Shown: positions 10,753-22,180, counted from the first letter of the stretch. The stretch is DNA of 64,000 nucleotides from an uncultured Methanosarcinaceae archaeon (GCA_963833425.1 CAWHXP010000003.1:480001-544000); one strand, 5' to 3'. Numbers and translations are program-made. Notes: generated from the sequence alone by a model not told the origin.

Positions 10753-13314
10753 TTAAATTCCTTTGAAATAGTATCCAGTTGTATACTCAACTCCTTTTGT
10801 CCTTAGTTTTCTCTCTGTTCCTACAAAAGCTTCTTTGTACGTTTTTACGATTTCTTTTATCTCGATATCATTGTTTAGAGATAGATCAAGCCGAATGACA
10901 TCCACTCCATATTCTTTTAAATTTTTTATATATTTTAACATGTTGAGTACTTTCGAGTTATAGATTAGAGTCCGAGTACCCATCCGTTTAATGGGAAACT
11001 TGGAGCCTGTCTGGTCAAGAAGATGAACTTCGCTGTCTTTTTTTACGATTTTTTTGTCAAGAAGAGGCTTTAAAAGATCATTTTCTGTAATCAGCATAAG
11101 TTCTCTGCCATAAACAAGAATTTCAACTTGTCCTACAGCCCCACATTTATGAAGTGTTTCACAAATATTCTTTATTTCACTCAGATTCAGTTCGCTTGAT
11201 AGTGTTACCCTGTACGCTCCTGCTTGGTAGAAAATACTGATTGTAAAAGAATTGAAAATATTGAAGTCCTTCTGAGCAACAAAAGGTATAGAAAGGTTTT
11301 TTGCTAGCTGTGCAGCCCCTAAATCGGAACATGCTATGCTAAAGCCTGCATCTCTTACTTTTTCCATAAGGAGTTTGAGTCCAACCAGTTCTCTGTCATG
11401 AATAATGAGTGGAATCTTAAAGACAATCTCATTTCTTTTCGCTATGAGCTTCTTAAATCTTTCTGCGTTTTCAGGGGTATTCAGCTCTTCAAATCTTGAA
11501 ATTGGGGCATAAATAATATCTGCACCACCATCTACAGCCGCAAATAACGAGGAGATTTCATCAACTTCGACGCTAAGGAATAGTTTATTTGAAGTTATGT
11601 CCCTGCTCCCGCCATCTTTGATATTACTTTCTTTACTATTACTTATTTTATTCTCAACATTTTTGGAAACACACAGGTAGTTGAAATTATCCAAAAGCGG
11701 ATGTTTTTGCTCTTTTTTATGCATCTTAAGAATTTTGTCTAACAAAAGCTCTGCAGCCTCTCGCCTTGTATTTTTCAGCACACCAACTGGGATAAAAATA
11801 TTTTCGTCAGCTTCAATTGAGATATCTTTAGCTTCAAATGAAATATTTCCAAGGCTTCTCATTGTTTTTCTTATCTGCTCACAGGTAGTTGGAACTTTAT
11901 CGGCTCCTTGAACAATATAGTCATCTGAAAATTTCGCAATTGAGAAATCTTTCCTTACACTTCTTTTTTCTTTATTTTCTCTGATTTCAACTGTGAATCG
12001 CTCTCCTTTTATGGCTCTTACCTTCAGGTCTACGGGGTAAGTTTTCAGTTTTATTTTTTGGAGGGTATCTAGGAGCTGGGTACTTGTTGTAAGATAGAGT
12101 TCGTCTCCTATCCGTATTGTTCTTCCTGTTTTCGAGCTGATTTCAAGCCCTACTTTTTCGCCTTTTTTTGCACTTTTTACATAGTCGCCTTTACTTGTGA
12201 TTATGCCAGCAACTGCAGAGCCAATCATTCGTTCCCCCATGAAGATGCTGATTCCGTCTTTGATGTGGATATCTTCATATAGCCTGACTGTAAGTTTTGT
12301 GTTCATTTTTAAACGGGAAATATCTAGAACTTTCCCTAGGAAAGCTCCGTAATTTGAGCTGTATTTGGAGTGTGATACATCTCTCTCCTCGAGTATGAAC
12401 CCTTTTGTAAAGCCTCTACAAAATAGTTTTGCAATCTCTGCTTCTCTTGATTCAAGCTCTTCTTTTGTCGGATTTTTTTCTGGATTGCAAATGTCCTCAA
12501 CTATGGTCTTGTAGGCAGAAGCACTCGCTGTGACATATTCTGGTTTTTTCATCCTGCCTTCAATTTTAAGACTTACAACCCCTGTATTCACTATTTTTTC
12601 AAGTCCAGTAAGGGTAGAAAGCTCAGCACAGCTGAGGGGATAGCTTCCTCTAATATTTCTGTTATCGATTTCTATACCATTTACCAGAAATCTATAGCGA
12701 CGTCTGCAATGCTGAGCACAGGCCCCTCTGTTGGCGCTTCTGCCTTCCAATAAACTGCTGAAGAGACATTTCCCAGAATATGAATAACAAAGAGATCCGT
12801 GGACGAAAACCTCGATACCCACTCTTGAGCAATCCACAATGGCTTTCACCTCGTCTGCAGTGAGCTCCCTAGCGACTATAACTCTTTTTGCCCCTAGACC
12901 TGCTACAAAATCAACTCCCTTACTGTTATGGATAGTCATCTGCGTGCTTGTATGCAGCTCAAGGTTGGGATAAATTTCTTTTATAAGACTTAGGAGACCT
13001 AAATCCTGCAGGATAATTGCATCAACTCCAACAGAGTATGCGTGATCTACTATTCCAAGAACTTGTTGAAGTTCTTTTTGTTTTATAGGGATGTTCAGTG
13101 CCAAATAAACAGAAACATCATGCGAATGGGAAAGATCAACTGCGTCTTCCAGTTCTCTGAGGGTAAAATTATTGATACCCTGGCGGGCATTAAATTCGCC
13201 GACCCCAAGATATATAGCGTCAGCTCTTCCTTTGATCGCGGCTAAAAGGGCTTTTTGGTTGCCTACAGGAACAAGAATTTCAGGCATATTACAGGTGAAA
13301 TTTGGATCATACAT
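10753..13314 (-). CDS. U32-family Fe-S protein with DUF3656-type region (RlhA-like RNA hydroxylation candidate)
   Basis: ADAIYLG, HTSTQMTIHN, ARELT, HGSLCYSYSGKC...NRGACAQHCR Cys cluster, LKIEGRMK; second degenerate U32 barrel at the C-terminus. Confidence 0.85.
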   Translation of the reverse strand: MYDPNFTCNMPEILVPVGNQKALLAAIKGRADAIYLGVGEFNARQGINNFTLRELEDAVDLSHSHDVSVYLALNIPIKQKELQQVLGIVDHAYSVGVDAIILQDLGLLSLIKEIYPNLELHTSTQMTIHNSKGVDFVAGLGAKRVIVARELTADEVKAIVDCSRVGIEVFVHGSLCYSYSGKCLFSSLLEGRSANRGACAQHCRRRYRFLVNGIEIDNRNIRGSYPLSCAELSTLTGLEKIVNTGVVSLKIEGRMKKPEYVTASASAYKTIVEDICNPEKNPTKEELESREAEIAKLFCRGFTKGFILEERDVSHSKYSSNYGAFLGKVLDISRLKMNTKLTVRLYEDIHIKDGISIFMGERMIGSAVAGIITSKGDYVKSAKKGEKVGLEISSKTGRTIRIGDELYLTTSTQLLDTLQKIKLKTYPVDLKVRAIKGERFTVEIRENKEKRSVRKDFSIAKFSDDYIVQGADKVPTTCEQIRKTMRSLGNISFEAKDISIEADENIFIPVGVLKNTRREAAELLLDKILKMHKKEQKHPLLDNFNYLCVSKNVENKISNSKESNIKDGGSRDITSNKLFLSVEVDEISSLFAAVDGGADIIYAPISRFEELNTPENAERFKKLIAKRNEIVFKIPLIIHDRELVGLKLLMEKVRDAGFSIACSDLGAAQLAKNLSIPFVAQKDFNIFNSFTISIFYQAGAYRVTLSSELNLSEIKNICETLHKCGAVGQVEILVYGRELMLITENDLLKPLLDKKIVKKDSEVHLLDQTGSKFPIKRMGTRTLIYNSKVLNMLKYIKNLKEYGVDVIRLDLSLNNDIEIKEIVKTYKEAFVGTERKLRTKGVEYTTGYYFKGI

Positions 13315-13361
13315 ATCATATCAAGTATTCTTGCAAATAGTCAAAAGTCTTTGTAACATAA

Positions 13362-13478
13362 TAGGACTTACGCGATTGAAATAAGAAATCAATAGTATTA
13401 AATCTTTAAGTTCCTTAAGCATGGCTTTAACATCAAAGTTGATAGGAATTCATTTCAGAATTCATCTGCTAAGTCCTA
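13362..13478. mobile_element. MITE with TAGGACTTACGC terminal inverted repeats
   Basis: TAGGACTTACGC...GCTAAGTCCTA; second member at 22959-23067. Confidence 0.65.
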
Positions 13479-14051
13479 TGTAAAAAAATATATATGCATT
13501 TTTATGTGAAGGACTTATAATTAGCTATTATTAAATTTTTAGATCAATTTAAAATTTAAAAGTACTTCTTGAATAAATGACAGATTGTAAACTTAAAATC
13601 TGCTTTATCAGGAAAGGCTTTTTTTACGTATGAAATTCGAATTTGTCCATTAATCTTGAAGGCTTCCCAATTATTTTAATTTGCCACAAATTTTCAGGCC
13701 TGTGATAAGAGAATAAAAAATATGGAATATCTCAACTTTATTTCAGTCAAATATTTTCCATTTCCTTAGAGGATGGTGAATTTCCAAAGAACCATTATTA
13801 ACTGGCTGATTTATATATTAAGCTATCTTTGTACTATAAAATGGAATTAAGTAACGTAAACTAATGTGTCTATAAAATAAGTTGATTTCGATAAACCTCT
13901 CGTTTTCTGAGTCTTTAATAATACAATTATAAGCATATAACATTATTTGGGAATTATCAAAATTCTATATAATATTTAAAAAAAATTAAAATATATGTCT
14001 TAGTTTTTTGCTAAGATTATCAATGAAGTAGTATCGTATGATAAAAGAATA

Positions 14052-15035
14052 ATGGTGTTATACATGATGGACCCGCAAATCGAGCGAAAACTCATTGAAA
14101 TTATGAGGGTTATTAATGAAAATGACAAACCTATAGGTGCCAGAGCCATAGCTGACGAACTAAACGATAGGGGGTATGATATCGGAGAGCGTGCCGTCCG
14201 ATATCATCTAAGGATTCTGGATGAGAGAGGATTCACACGCAAACACGGATATGCAGGGCGTACACTTACTGAACTGGGAGAAAGTGAAATGAGTGATGCT
14301 CTCATTGGAGATCGCTTTGGTTTTGTGATATCTCAGATAGAAGAAATGGCATTTAGAACTACCATTAATCCAAAGACCGGTGATGGGGTAGTACCAGTAA
14401 ATATCTCTTACTTTGCTAAAGAGGATTTGGAAACCGTTATTGATGTGATTTCTTATATCGCACATTCAGGGTACATGATAAGTTCGAAAGTAAGAATTTT
14501 TGAAGAAGACGAAGATTTAATTATTCTGCCTCCGGGAAAAGTCGGAATAGCTACAGTATGCAGTGTTACTTTTGATGGACTTCTTCTTAAATCAGGCATT
14601 CCTGTAGAACCTTCCTACGGCGGAATTCTCCAGATAGAAAATCGAAAGCCTTCATACTTTTTGGATCTAATTTCTTATAGTGGAACTTCAATTGATCCAA
14701 TACAAATTTTTATGAAACGGAGACCCACTTCAGTTCTCGAAGTGATTGAAACGGGAGTAGGTAAAATTCTTGCAAATATTAGACAGATAAATGTATCGGC
14801 TTATGATAGAGTCATAGAAATTATTCAACAGGCCGAAAAAATGGGGTTAGGAGGCTTTTTCCCTCCGGGGGAGATTGATGGATATTTACTTGGGGCACCA
14901 ATTGAAATGGGAAAATTCGGAATTGCAATCGTAGGAGGAATTAATGGAATCTGCGCCCTTGAAGAGACAGGAATTAGAATCGAAACAAATCCAATTTCTA
15001 CAGTTTTGGAATATAAAACTATGTCAGAAATCTGA
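14052..15035 (+). CDS. nrpR: Nitrogen regulator NrpR (wHTH + one NRD/DUF128 domain, NrpRI type)
   Basis: PIGARAIADEL..RGYDIGERAVRYHL wHTH; ATVCSVTFDGLLLK.GIP, YSGTSIDP, GGING. Confidence 0.88.
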   Translation: MVLYMMDPQIERKLIEIMRVINENDKPIGARAIADELNDRGYDIGERAVRYHLRILDERGFTRKHGYAGRTLTELGESEMSDALIGDRFGFVISQIEEMAFRTTINPKTGDGVVPVNISYFAKEDLETVIDVISYIAHSGYMISSKVRIFEEDEDLIILPPGKVGIATVCSVTFDGLLLKSGIPVEPSYGGILQIENRKPSYFLDLISYSGTSIDPIQIFMKRRPTSVLEVIETGVGKILANIRQINVSAYDRVIEIIQQAEKMGLGGFFPPGEIDGYLLGAPIEMGKFGIAIVGGINGICALEETGIRIETNPISTVLEYKTMSEI

Positions 15036-15281
15036 GGAGAACAGGTATTTAGATTATTGTAATATATGATAACGCCGATAGAGTTTTGTAGAGAACTGGA
15101 GATTTGATTTCTAGTTACGACAATCTACAGCTCTTTCATTTCTATATATTTAGGGATGAACATTTTCTCTTCAAAAATATGAGGTAGCTCCATATTTACC
15201 CTCTATATATCCGAAAAATTATTTTTTCCTACAGACAATGGAACCATATATGAAGCTTTTTTTCAGAATATTTAAAAATAT

Positions 15282-15371
15282 AGAGGAGTTTGATAAACCT
15301 CTAAATTTCGTCATATGCCATAAAACGGTATAAATTGACCGTAAAAATCAGAGAGTCATCGAAATTTTCTA
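15282..15371 (-). mobile_element. ~90 bp MITE, IS5-type TIR family
   Basis: AGAGGAGTTTGATAAACC...TCATCGAAATTTTCT ends; internal GACCGTAAAAATCAG resembles GACTCGTGAAAATCAG of other copies. Confidence 0.55.
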
Positions 15372-16229
15372 TATAATTGAAAAAGAGGTACTATTATTTA
15401 AGCAAAAGAACTTACATAAATATCTATAGGTATTAGAAGTATAGGGGGATAGAAGAAAAATTTTCAAAAAGCTTCACAATAGTAAGGATAAATATATTAT
15501 TTTTGTTTCGATTTGATCAATAATAAAAGGTGCGAACCGGAATAAAGGATAAAAAATGTAGCTAGTTTGGCTGCAAAAAATCAATTTTTGATATCTATTT
15601 TAGCACAATAGATGTTTGTGATCGCGGATTGATGGGAAAATAGAAAGCATGATAAATAGTCGATAGTTAAAAAAAGCCAATTGAAATTTGTTAAGTGAAT
15701 CTTAGAAAAGATAGATATATATTCTTTCCTCCAGTTGGATAGTTGGAGGAAATTAAAAGTTCTATTCTTTCACTTTCTATCTTGATCAATGATTCAAGGA
15801 TAAAACTTAAAATTAGTTGTTTCAAAATATTGTTGCATTTTAATACCAAGGTTCAAACGAGATATATATTCTGAGGAAAATGTTTAATTAGAAATAGAAT
15901 ATCTTCCAAATGGAAAAAGAAATTAGTGGAAAATAATAGAGATCAGGCAAGAAATCATAATTCAATTAATATGTTAGAATCGTCCAATTTTTGCAATTTT
16001 TCTGCCTCATCTATATGATTGAAATTTTTTAATATCTTCTGGGATCGCCAAAATTTACCATTAATTCCACGACCATTTGACTGCAATAAATCAAATATCC
16101 ATAAAATGATTAAAAACCTCATATTTTAAATAAAAAGGTACTTTGAATTATTATTTTTTCGAGATAAAAAGAGACGACCAAAAATAATAATGGAGCCGCA
16201 TCAAAAATGTAATAAAGGGAGAAATATAG

Positions 16230-16973
16230 ATGCTGAAAATAGAGGATCTGACTGTCGAAGTCAACGGAAAAATTTTACTTCATGACTTAAACCTCGAAGT
16301 CAAAAAAGGGTATACTAATGTGCTTTTTGGGCCAAACGGAGCTGGGAAAACAGCTTTGATGAGAACGATCATGGGCTTTAGTGAGTACAAGATTGTGAAA
16401 GGCCAGATTCTGTTCAATGAAGAAAAAATTAACGACTTACCAGTTGATGAACGAGCCAGTCGTGGACTCGGGATTATGATGCAGCGTCCTCCTGATATGT
16501 CCGGGATTAAATTGAAAGATCTTATAAGAGTAGCATCCAAGGGGATGAAAAATCCTGAAAAGCTTTCTGAAAAGCTTTCTATGAAGCTTTTTCTGGACCG
16601 AGATATAAATGTGGGTTTTTCAGGAGGAGAAATCAAACGTTCCGAACTTCTGCAGCTTGCAGCCCAGGATCCAAGTTTCTATCTCTTGGATGAACCTGAA
16701 TCTGGAGTTGACATTGTAAGCATAGAACAGGTTGGCATGACAATAAAAAGCCTACTTGAAGAAGGTCTAAACTGCCCAGGTGAAAGTTGTGAGATGGGAA
16801 AATCTGCTCTTATTATTACTCACACTGGTCAGATACTGAATTATGTAAAAGCAGATAGAGGATATATCCTCTGCAACGGGACAGTTATGTGTTCCGGAAA
16901 TCCTCTCAAAATGCTGGAAGAGATCAAAAATAAAGGGTATGAGGAGTGTATAAAATGCAGACTGATGATGTGA
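16230..16973 (+). CDS. sufC: Fe-S assembly ABC ATPase SufC (SmsC type)
   Basis: GPNGAGKT, FSGGEIKRSEL, DEPESG, IITH, C-terminal CIKC. Confidence 0.92.
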   Translation: MLKIEDLTVEVNGKILLHDLNLEVKKGYTNVLFGPNGAGKTALMRTIMGFSEYKIVKGQILFNEEKINDLPVDERASRGLGIMMQRPPDMSGIKLKDLIRVASKGMKNPEKLSEKLSMKLFLDRDINVGFSGGEIKRSELLQLAAQDPSFYLLDEPESGVDIVSIEQVGMTIKSLLEEGLNCPGESCEMGKSALIITHTGQILNYVKADRGYILCNGTVMCSGNPLKMLEEIKNKGYEECIKCRLMM

Positions 16974-18178
16974 ACCTGAAAAAGAGAGCTGAGAGCTCAG
17001 CCAATAAAAAAGCTGTTTATGGCGAGGACTTTGAGCTGGAAAAATTTGGGGAGGGTTCCAAGGTCAGCAAACCTATTGAAAACCTCCAGACACTTGACGA
17101 GGAAAGCAAAAAAACTATGCTACAAGTAGGGGTAATACCAAACGAAGAAGGAAGGTCTGGAAGTTTCCTTATGTTGGACAACGCGATCTCCCACTCTTCC
17201 CTTAGCGATAAAAATGTGGAACTTATGTCCACTCACAAAGCCATGGAAAAATACGAGTGGTTGAAAGATTACTCCTGGAAACTCGTGCAGGTGGACACTG
17301 ACAAATACACTGCAAAAACCTATCTCGAAGATGCTGACGGCTATTTTGTTCGTGTCCCTGCTGGCAAGAAGTCCTCTATGCCAGTTCAGACCTGTCTTAT
17401 GCTGGGCAGCAAAAAGATATCTCAGACAGTGCATAATATTATAATCGTTGAGGAAGAAGCTAGTCTTGATATTATCACAGGTTGTACCTCCAAAAAAGGA
17501 GTAGAAGAAGGACTACATCTTGGAATTTCCGAGATGTATGTGAAAAAAGGAGCTACTCTGAGTTTTACAATGATTCACAACTGGGCCGAGCAAATAGGAG
17601 TCCGTCCCAGAACAGTCGTTCATGTGGAGGAAGGAGGAACTTATATAAGCAATTACATTTGTCTCAAGCCCGTTCGTTCTGTGCAGACCTATCCAACTGT
17701 CAGACTGGAAGGAAAAGGAGCTGTAGCCAGGCTCAATACCATAGCAATTGCTCATTCAGGTTCCGAGCTTGATCTTGGAAGCAGGGCGATTTTCAATGCT
17801 CCTGAAACCAAAGCTGAACTTGTTTCAAGGACGATTACGATCGGCGGAAGAATAGTTGCACGTGGTGAGATGATAGGCAATGCAAATGGCGCTAAAGGCC
17901 ATCTGGAATGCAAGGGACTCGTTCTTGCTGACAAAGGAAGCCAACTGGCAATCCCGATCCTTGAAGCAAATGTAGCTGATATCGAGCTTACTCACGAGGC
18001 AGCAGTAGGAAAAATTGCTAAAGATCAGGTGGAGTACCTGATGGCTAGGGGAATACCCGAAGAAGAAGCAGTTGGTATGATAGTTCGCGGATTCCTGGAT
18101 GTTGGAATTCGGGGAATACCCGATGAGCTGAAATTTAAAATTGAAAATACAATTTCTCAGACAACTTTCGGAATATGA
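16955..18178 (+). CDS. sufB: Fe-S scaffold SufB/SufD family (SmsB type)
   Basis: Overlaps the sufC stop; QTVHNIII, ITGCT, HLGISE, GHLECKGL, LTHEAAVGKI...YLMARG. Confidence 0.92.
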   Translation: MQTDDVNLKKRAESSANKKAVYGEDFELEKFGEGSKVSKPIENLQTLDEESKKTMLQVGVIPNEEGRSGSFLMLDNAISHSSLSDKNVELMSTHKAMEKYEWLKDYSWKLVQVDTDKYTAKTYLEDADGYFVRVPAGKKSSMPVQTCLMLGSKKISQTVHNIIIVEEEASLDIITGCTSKKGVEEGLHLGISEMYVKKGATLSFTMIHNWAEQIGVRPRTVVHVEEGGTYISNYICLKPVRSVQTYPTVRLEGKGAVARLNTIAIAHSGSELDLGSRAIFNAPETKAELVSRTITIGGRIVARGEMIGNANGAKGHLECKGLVLADKGSQLAIPILEANVADIELTHEAAVGKIAKDQVEYLMARGIPEEEAVGMIVRGFLDVGIRGIPDELKFKIENTISQTTFGI

Positions 18179-18379
18179 ATTTCAAAATTGAAAGGTTCGA
18201 AAGAGCTAATTTCAGCATTCTGGAAAATAGTGCTCCATAATGAGATAGATATATTATTAATGGAAAAAAGATGAACAAAACCAAAGTTCATTATTTTTCT
18301 GCTTTAATCAAGTTTTTGTCCAATCCAGAATGAGAATTTGGTGATATTTATGAAAATGGAAATCTAGTGATTAATGGCA

Positions 18380-18845
18380 AATATCAAATTTACCTCTGAT
18401 TTTTTGCAGAAATTCTGCTCAAATCTTCACCACTGATTTCTACATTCGACTTTTTTTCTAGTAAATTATTCTTTGATTTTAAAGATAGCTTCCACTATCC
18501 TTAAAATACTCCTTCTATTTCCAGTGCTACAATGACTAGAGATTCTAACAAAAAACTGCACATAATATCTTTAGATTCGTTTTTAAATGAACAGATTTGG
18601 ACACTGTCAGGTACGTATTCAATAAAATCAAGAAATTTCCTGAAAGAAATTCGATTAATACATTGTTTTTCAAGTTCAAAGTCGGAAAAATCATGCAATC
18701 GCTGTAAAAAGCATTTTAAGCATAAAGACGACATCAGTTTCAGCTGGTCTTCTTCATTTTCGAGACAGCTTACCTGTAAAAAAATTCTATTAGTGTATGA
18801 GGTTCATAAATGATTCGTTAAAATTAGATATTCATCAAATCCTCA
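18380..18845 (-). mobile_element. Internally deleted IS5-family relic with a MITE-like 5' end
   Basis: DFELEKQCINRISFRKFL..YVPDS fragment; 3' segment GGAAGCTATCTTTAAAATCAAAGAAT shared with the IS5 at 39618. Confidence 0.75.
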
Positions 18846-19659
18846 AGTATTGCATAAGGGTTGAATATTCCTTGCCTAACCTGTTTGTTGTAATAACATC
18901 AAATTTTAGCTTAGAGCTTTCAATATATTCAAAGACTAGAATTAATATTTCCATAAAATTCTGTTTTTTGATTTTAATTCCCTTATCTATTTGGTGCCTC
19001 CACTCCATAATGTGGAATAACATGAAAGCCAACAGAATTTTCGTGAACCTTAATTTCAAATAAGTTGAAATGATTTTTATGCTTTGTTATCTTTGACTAT
19101 ATATCTTTTGTCGCAAATTCAAGAGAATTAGTCAAAGATATTGCAGAACGAAATCAAAAAATCAAAAACTTTTTGCGACATGTAGTTAGCTTCGTTAGTT
19201 AAAGTTATTAAATTAACTATACTACATAATTCAGAGATAAAGAAAGTAAATTGGTTTTGCCTTTACCAGAAGTGAAGTAATTTTTCGTTGCCATAATCAA
19301 CTACTTCATTACTTTAAATAATTTTTGTTATATTTTTTGATTTGTAGAAATTGTTTCGAAACTGAAAAAAAAAATTACAAATTAAGGGATGTATTGTTCT
19401 TTTATTCTGAAAAACTCGGCTATTGATAGTAATTAGCGGAGAATTATATATTTTAAAATATAACTCTAAAAAAATACATATCTAACTTATTTTCATTCTT
19501 TTATAAAAAGTTATAACCAAATAATATGGCAAGTCGGCCATATTTTAAGAAAAAAATTATAAATTAATGAAAAGAGAATCTAAGATTCGTTCATGTTATA
19601 TACAGCTACAACATATAGAATAAGTTAATGATTAAGAGTTAAGAAGTTTTTATCTCTTA

Positions 19660-19720
19660 ATCGCAGGGTTGAATCACACATTGGGAGCCGATTCAGAGGT
19701 GGCCCCCAGGCTCCCAATTA
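19660..19720 (-). ncRNA. Candidate structured RNA (10-bp stem or alternative H-type pseudoknot)
   Basis: GC-rich island; ATTGGGAGCC/GGCTCCCAAT stem plus TGAATC/GATTCA pairing; no family recognised; strand uncertain. Confidence 0.3.
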
Positions 19721-20337
19721 CAACAAAAATTCCAACAGCTTTCATATTGTCGAGCCAGTAAATCATTCCAAATTTTCGACGGATTAAAATTTACCTGCTC
19801 GCTATTCTTGGTAAGATTCTCGTCCGTCACTAGCATATATAGTTTCGTCATACATGATAGCAATAAACTCTGAAAAAGTAAAGAAAGTTTGGAATCAAAT
19901 TTAATTTGAAGGCCTTAAATGAAATATAGTTTGGCGGGAAAAACCTGTGTTAATAATACTTATTTGATTAACGCAATATTTGAACAAGAGATCTGTAAGC
20001 TTTACAAGATGGCTTGCCTTGTAAGCGAAAAATGAGACAAATATATGGATAAACGATGTTAGTGAAATTGCAATAATTGATGTTCAAGGCTTTGAGGAAA
20101 CTAGTGTTCCTAAACTAGAAGGATTAGAGTACTAAGAAAATCTTTTTTCCCATTGATAATCTCATCTTCAAGGAGTTCTAATGTCTCTTCCTCACTCATT
20201 TTAACTAATTTGAGTTGATACAAATAGCGTATATCAATGACTTTGTTATTAATCTAGAATTTCTTAGATAGCTCATTATTTTCTTTAATTGATTTCTGTA
20301 TTTTACCTCATTTTTTCTTTCTTGCTCATTGTTATTT

Positions 20338-20425
20338 GAGGATTTTGATAAATTCCTTAATTTCGTCGTATGTTTATGGATGGTAGATTGGTGACTCGTG
20401 AAAATAAGAAGTGTATCGAAATCCT
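20338..20425 (-). mobile_element. ~90 bp MITE, IS5-type TIR family
   Basis: GAGGATTTTGATAAATT...GACTCGTGAAAATAAG...TATCGAAATCCT, directly after the GH130 stop. Confidence 0.65.
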
Positions 20426-20428
20426 TTT

Positions 20429-21556
20429 TCATTTAAAATCACTATTTTTGTATCTAGAAAAATCCCTGTTTTCTTCAAACCATCTGCAGTATTCATCAGG
20501 GCATTGTGTCTCAGGGCACCCATGTATATACTCCAAGACATCGCTCATTTTTGCACTGGCCATTGATACTGATACATCCGCACTTCCATAATAAATACGG
20601 ATTTCATCATCTACTAAAACCCAGCCGCAAGGGAAAACAACATCATTAACGTCTCCACTACGTTCATACATCTCACGAGGCCCGAAAATCCATCCTTCCG
20701 ATCTATGAAGTACTTTTCTGGGATTTTCAAGATCAAGAAGAGCCAACCCAAGTCGATAACTTGCCTTAGATGTAGTCTGGCGGACCCCATGGTACATAAT
20801 TAACCATCCGTCAGATGTGCGGATTGGTTGCGGAGACAGGCCTATCTTGTTGGCATCCCACCATCCACCTTCCCGAGCATACAGAAGAACCTCGTGTTCT
20901 CCCCAGTACTTCATATCTTGAGAAAAGGATATCCATATATTTGCCTTCGAACCAGTCATACGAGATACAGGCCGATGTAACATTGCCCACATGCCATCAA
21001 ATCTCACAGGAAAAACAGCGGCATCTTTATTTTCAGGAGGCAGGGTAGCTCCCACTCTATCAAAATTACGAAAATCTTCTGTAAAGGCAAGAGCTGGTAG
21101 GGGACCTGAATCCGAAAAAGCCGTATATGCTACAGCCCATTTTCCCATCTCATCAATGTAAGTTATACGCGCATCTTCAATTCCGTATATCTCTTCAGGG
21201 TAGTTTATAGGATCTGGGGCAAAGGTTGGTTGGCTGTCAATCTCCCAACCGTCAATTCCATTCTTGCTCCTTGCCACCGTAAAATGAGAAAAGCCCCTGT
21301 GATCTTCGACGCGCACAAGTAATAGAGTAATACCATTAACTATAGCTGCTGCAGGGTTAAATACTGAGTGGGCCCGATATGGCCAATCTTCAGCGGTAAG
21401 TATAGGATTTTTCTTATACCTATGGAACAACTCTCCGGGGGCTTTCAATATAATGTTACCTTCATCTGAGTGTGCCCGGTATGGCACATCTTCAAAGGTA
21501 AGTGTAGGATTGGCCTCACATCTCTGTAACAATTCTCCATGACCTTCCAATATCAT
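20429..21556 (-). CDS. GH130-family glycosidase/phosphorylase
   Basis: NPIL, VFNPAA, YGIEDARIT, NKDAAVFP, LHRP, YHGV, VVFPCG, IYYGSAD. Confidence 0.9.
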   Translation of the reverse strand: MILEGHGELLQRCEANPTLTFEDVPYRAHSDEGNIILKAPGELFHRYKKNPILTAEDWPYRAHSVFNPAAAIVNGITLLLVRVEDHRGFSHFTVARSKNGIDGWEIDSQPTFAPDPINYPEEIYGIEDARITYIDEMGKWAVAYTAFSDSGPLPALAFTEDFRNFDRVGATLPPENKDAAVFPVRFDGMWAMLHRPVSRMTGSKANIWISFSQDMKYWGEHEVLLYAREGGWWDANKIGLSPQPIRTSDGWLIMYHGVRQTTSKASYRLGLALLDLENPRKVLHRSEGWIFGPREMYERSGDVNDVVFPCGWVLVDDEIRIYYGSADVSVSMASAKMSDVLEYIHGCPETQCPDEYCRWFEENRDFSRYKNSDFK

Positions 21557-22085
21557 GTTATCTTCCTCATTCTGTTTGATTTGCTAATCATAATTCTTTG
21601 TTATCTGCAGAGCCCGAGCATCTACTTTAGTACTTTATCTGGATTGTAGTAATATACTGAATATTCTAGTTTCATATTTAAAGAACTCAAGACATGAATT
21701 AACAAATTACGGGTTCAATATCACATTATAGTTAATGCTGTAGCTGCTGAACTCGCCGTAGACGGCACTTAATATAATAAAACATCCTTAATATTTAAGC
21801 ATTGTTAAATTTGGATATATACTATGTAGAAGTACCTTCGTTAAGAAGCAATAGTTATGTGATTAATTTAAAATAATTATTTAAATTATTAAACAAAATT
21901 TATCTAATTGAATTCACCCAGTAGAACCATATGGTCTAAATCATATGTGGTGGATAAAGAATGAAAATGAGATTGATAGTTTATTTATTTCCACTTCCCA
22001 CATATGCACACAAAAGACAGATTTTACACAATCCGTGAAATTCGACAATTGCACATGCATGGTGTCCATGCTCAAATGTCCATAC

Positions 22086-22180
22086 GTGCGTCCTTGTAAG
22101 TAATGTTGTTCGATGCCTGTAGGGCTCAGGTCCTCATTCAGCTAGATCCTAAACTATCGTGGTATCAGCCAACTTTGCCA
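22086..22180 (+). mobile_element. Possible 5' fragment of a group II intron (CL1-like)
   Basis: Starts GTGCG, then TCCTTGTAAGTAATGTTGTTCGATG...AGGGCTCAGGTCCT, resembling CL1 intron 5' ends from memory; no domain V/VI or RT seen. Confidence 0.4.

Noticed and set aside
19660..19720. HDV-like ribozyme or H/ACA guide RNA
   Set aside because: GGGGGCCAC start is suggestive, but only 11 nt lie inside P1 (no room for P2/P3/L3); no K-turn or pseudouridylation pocket
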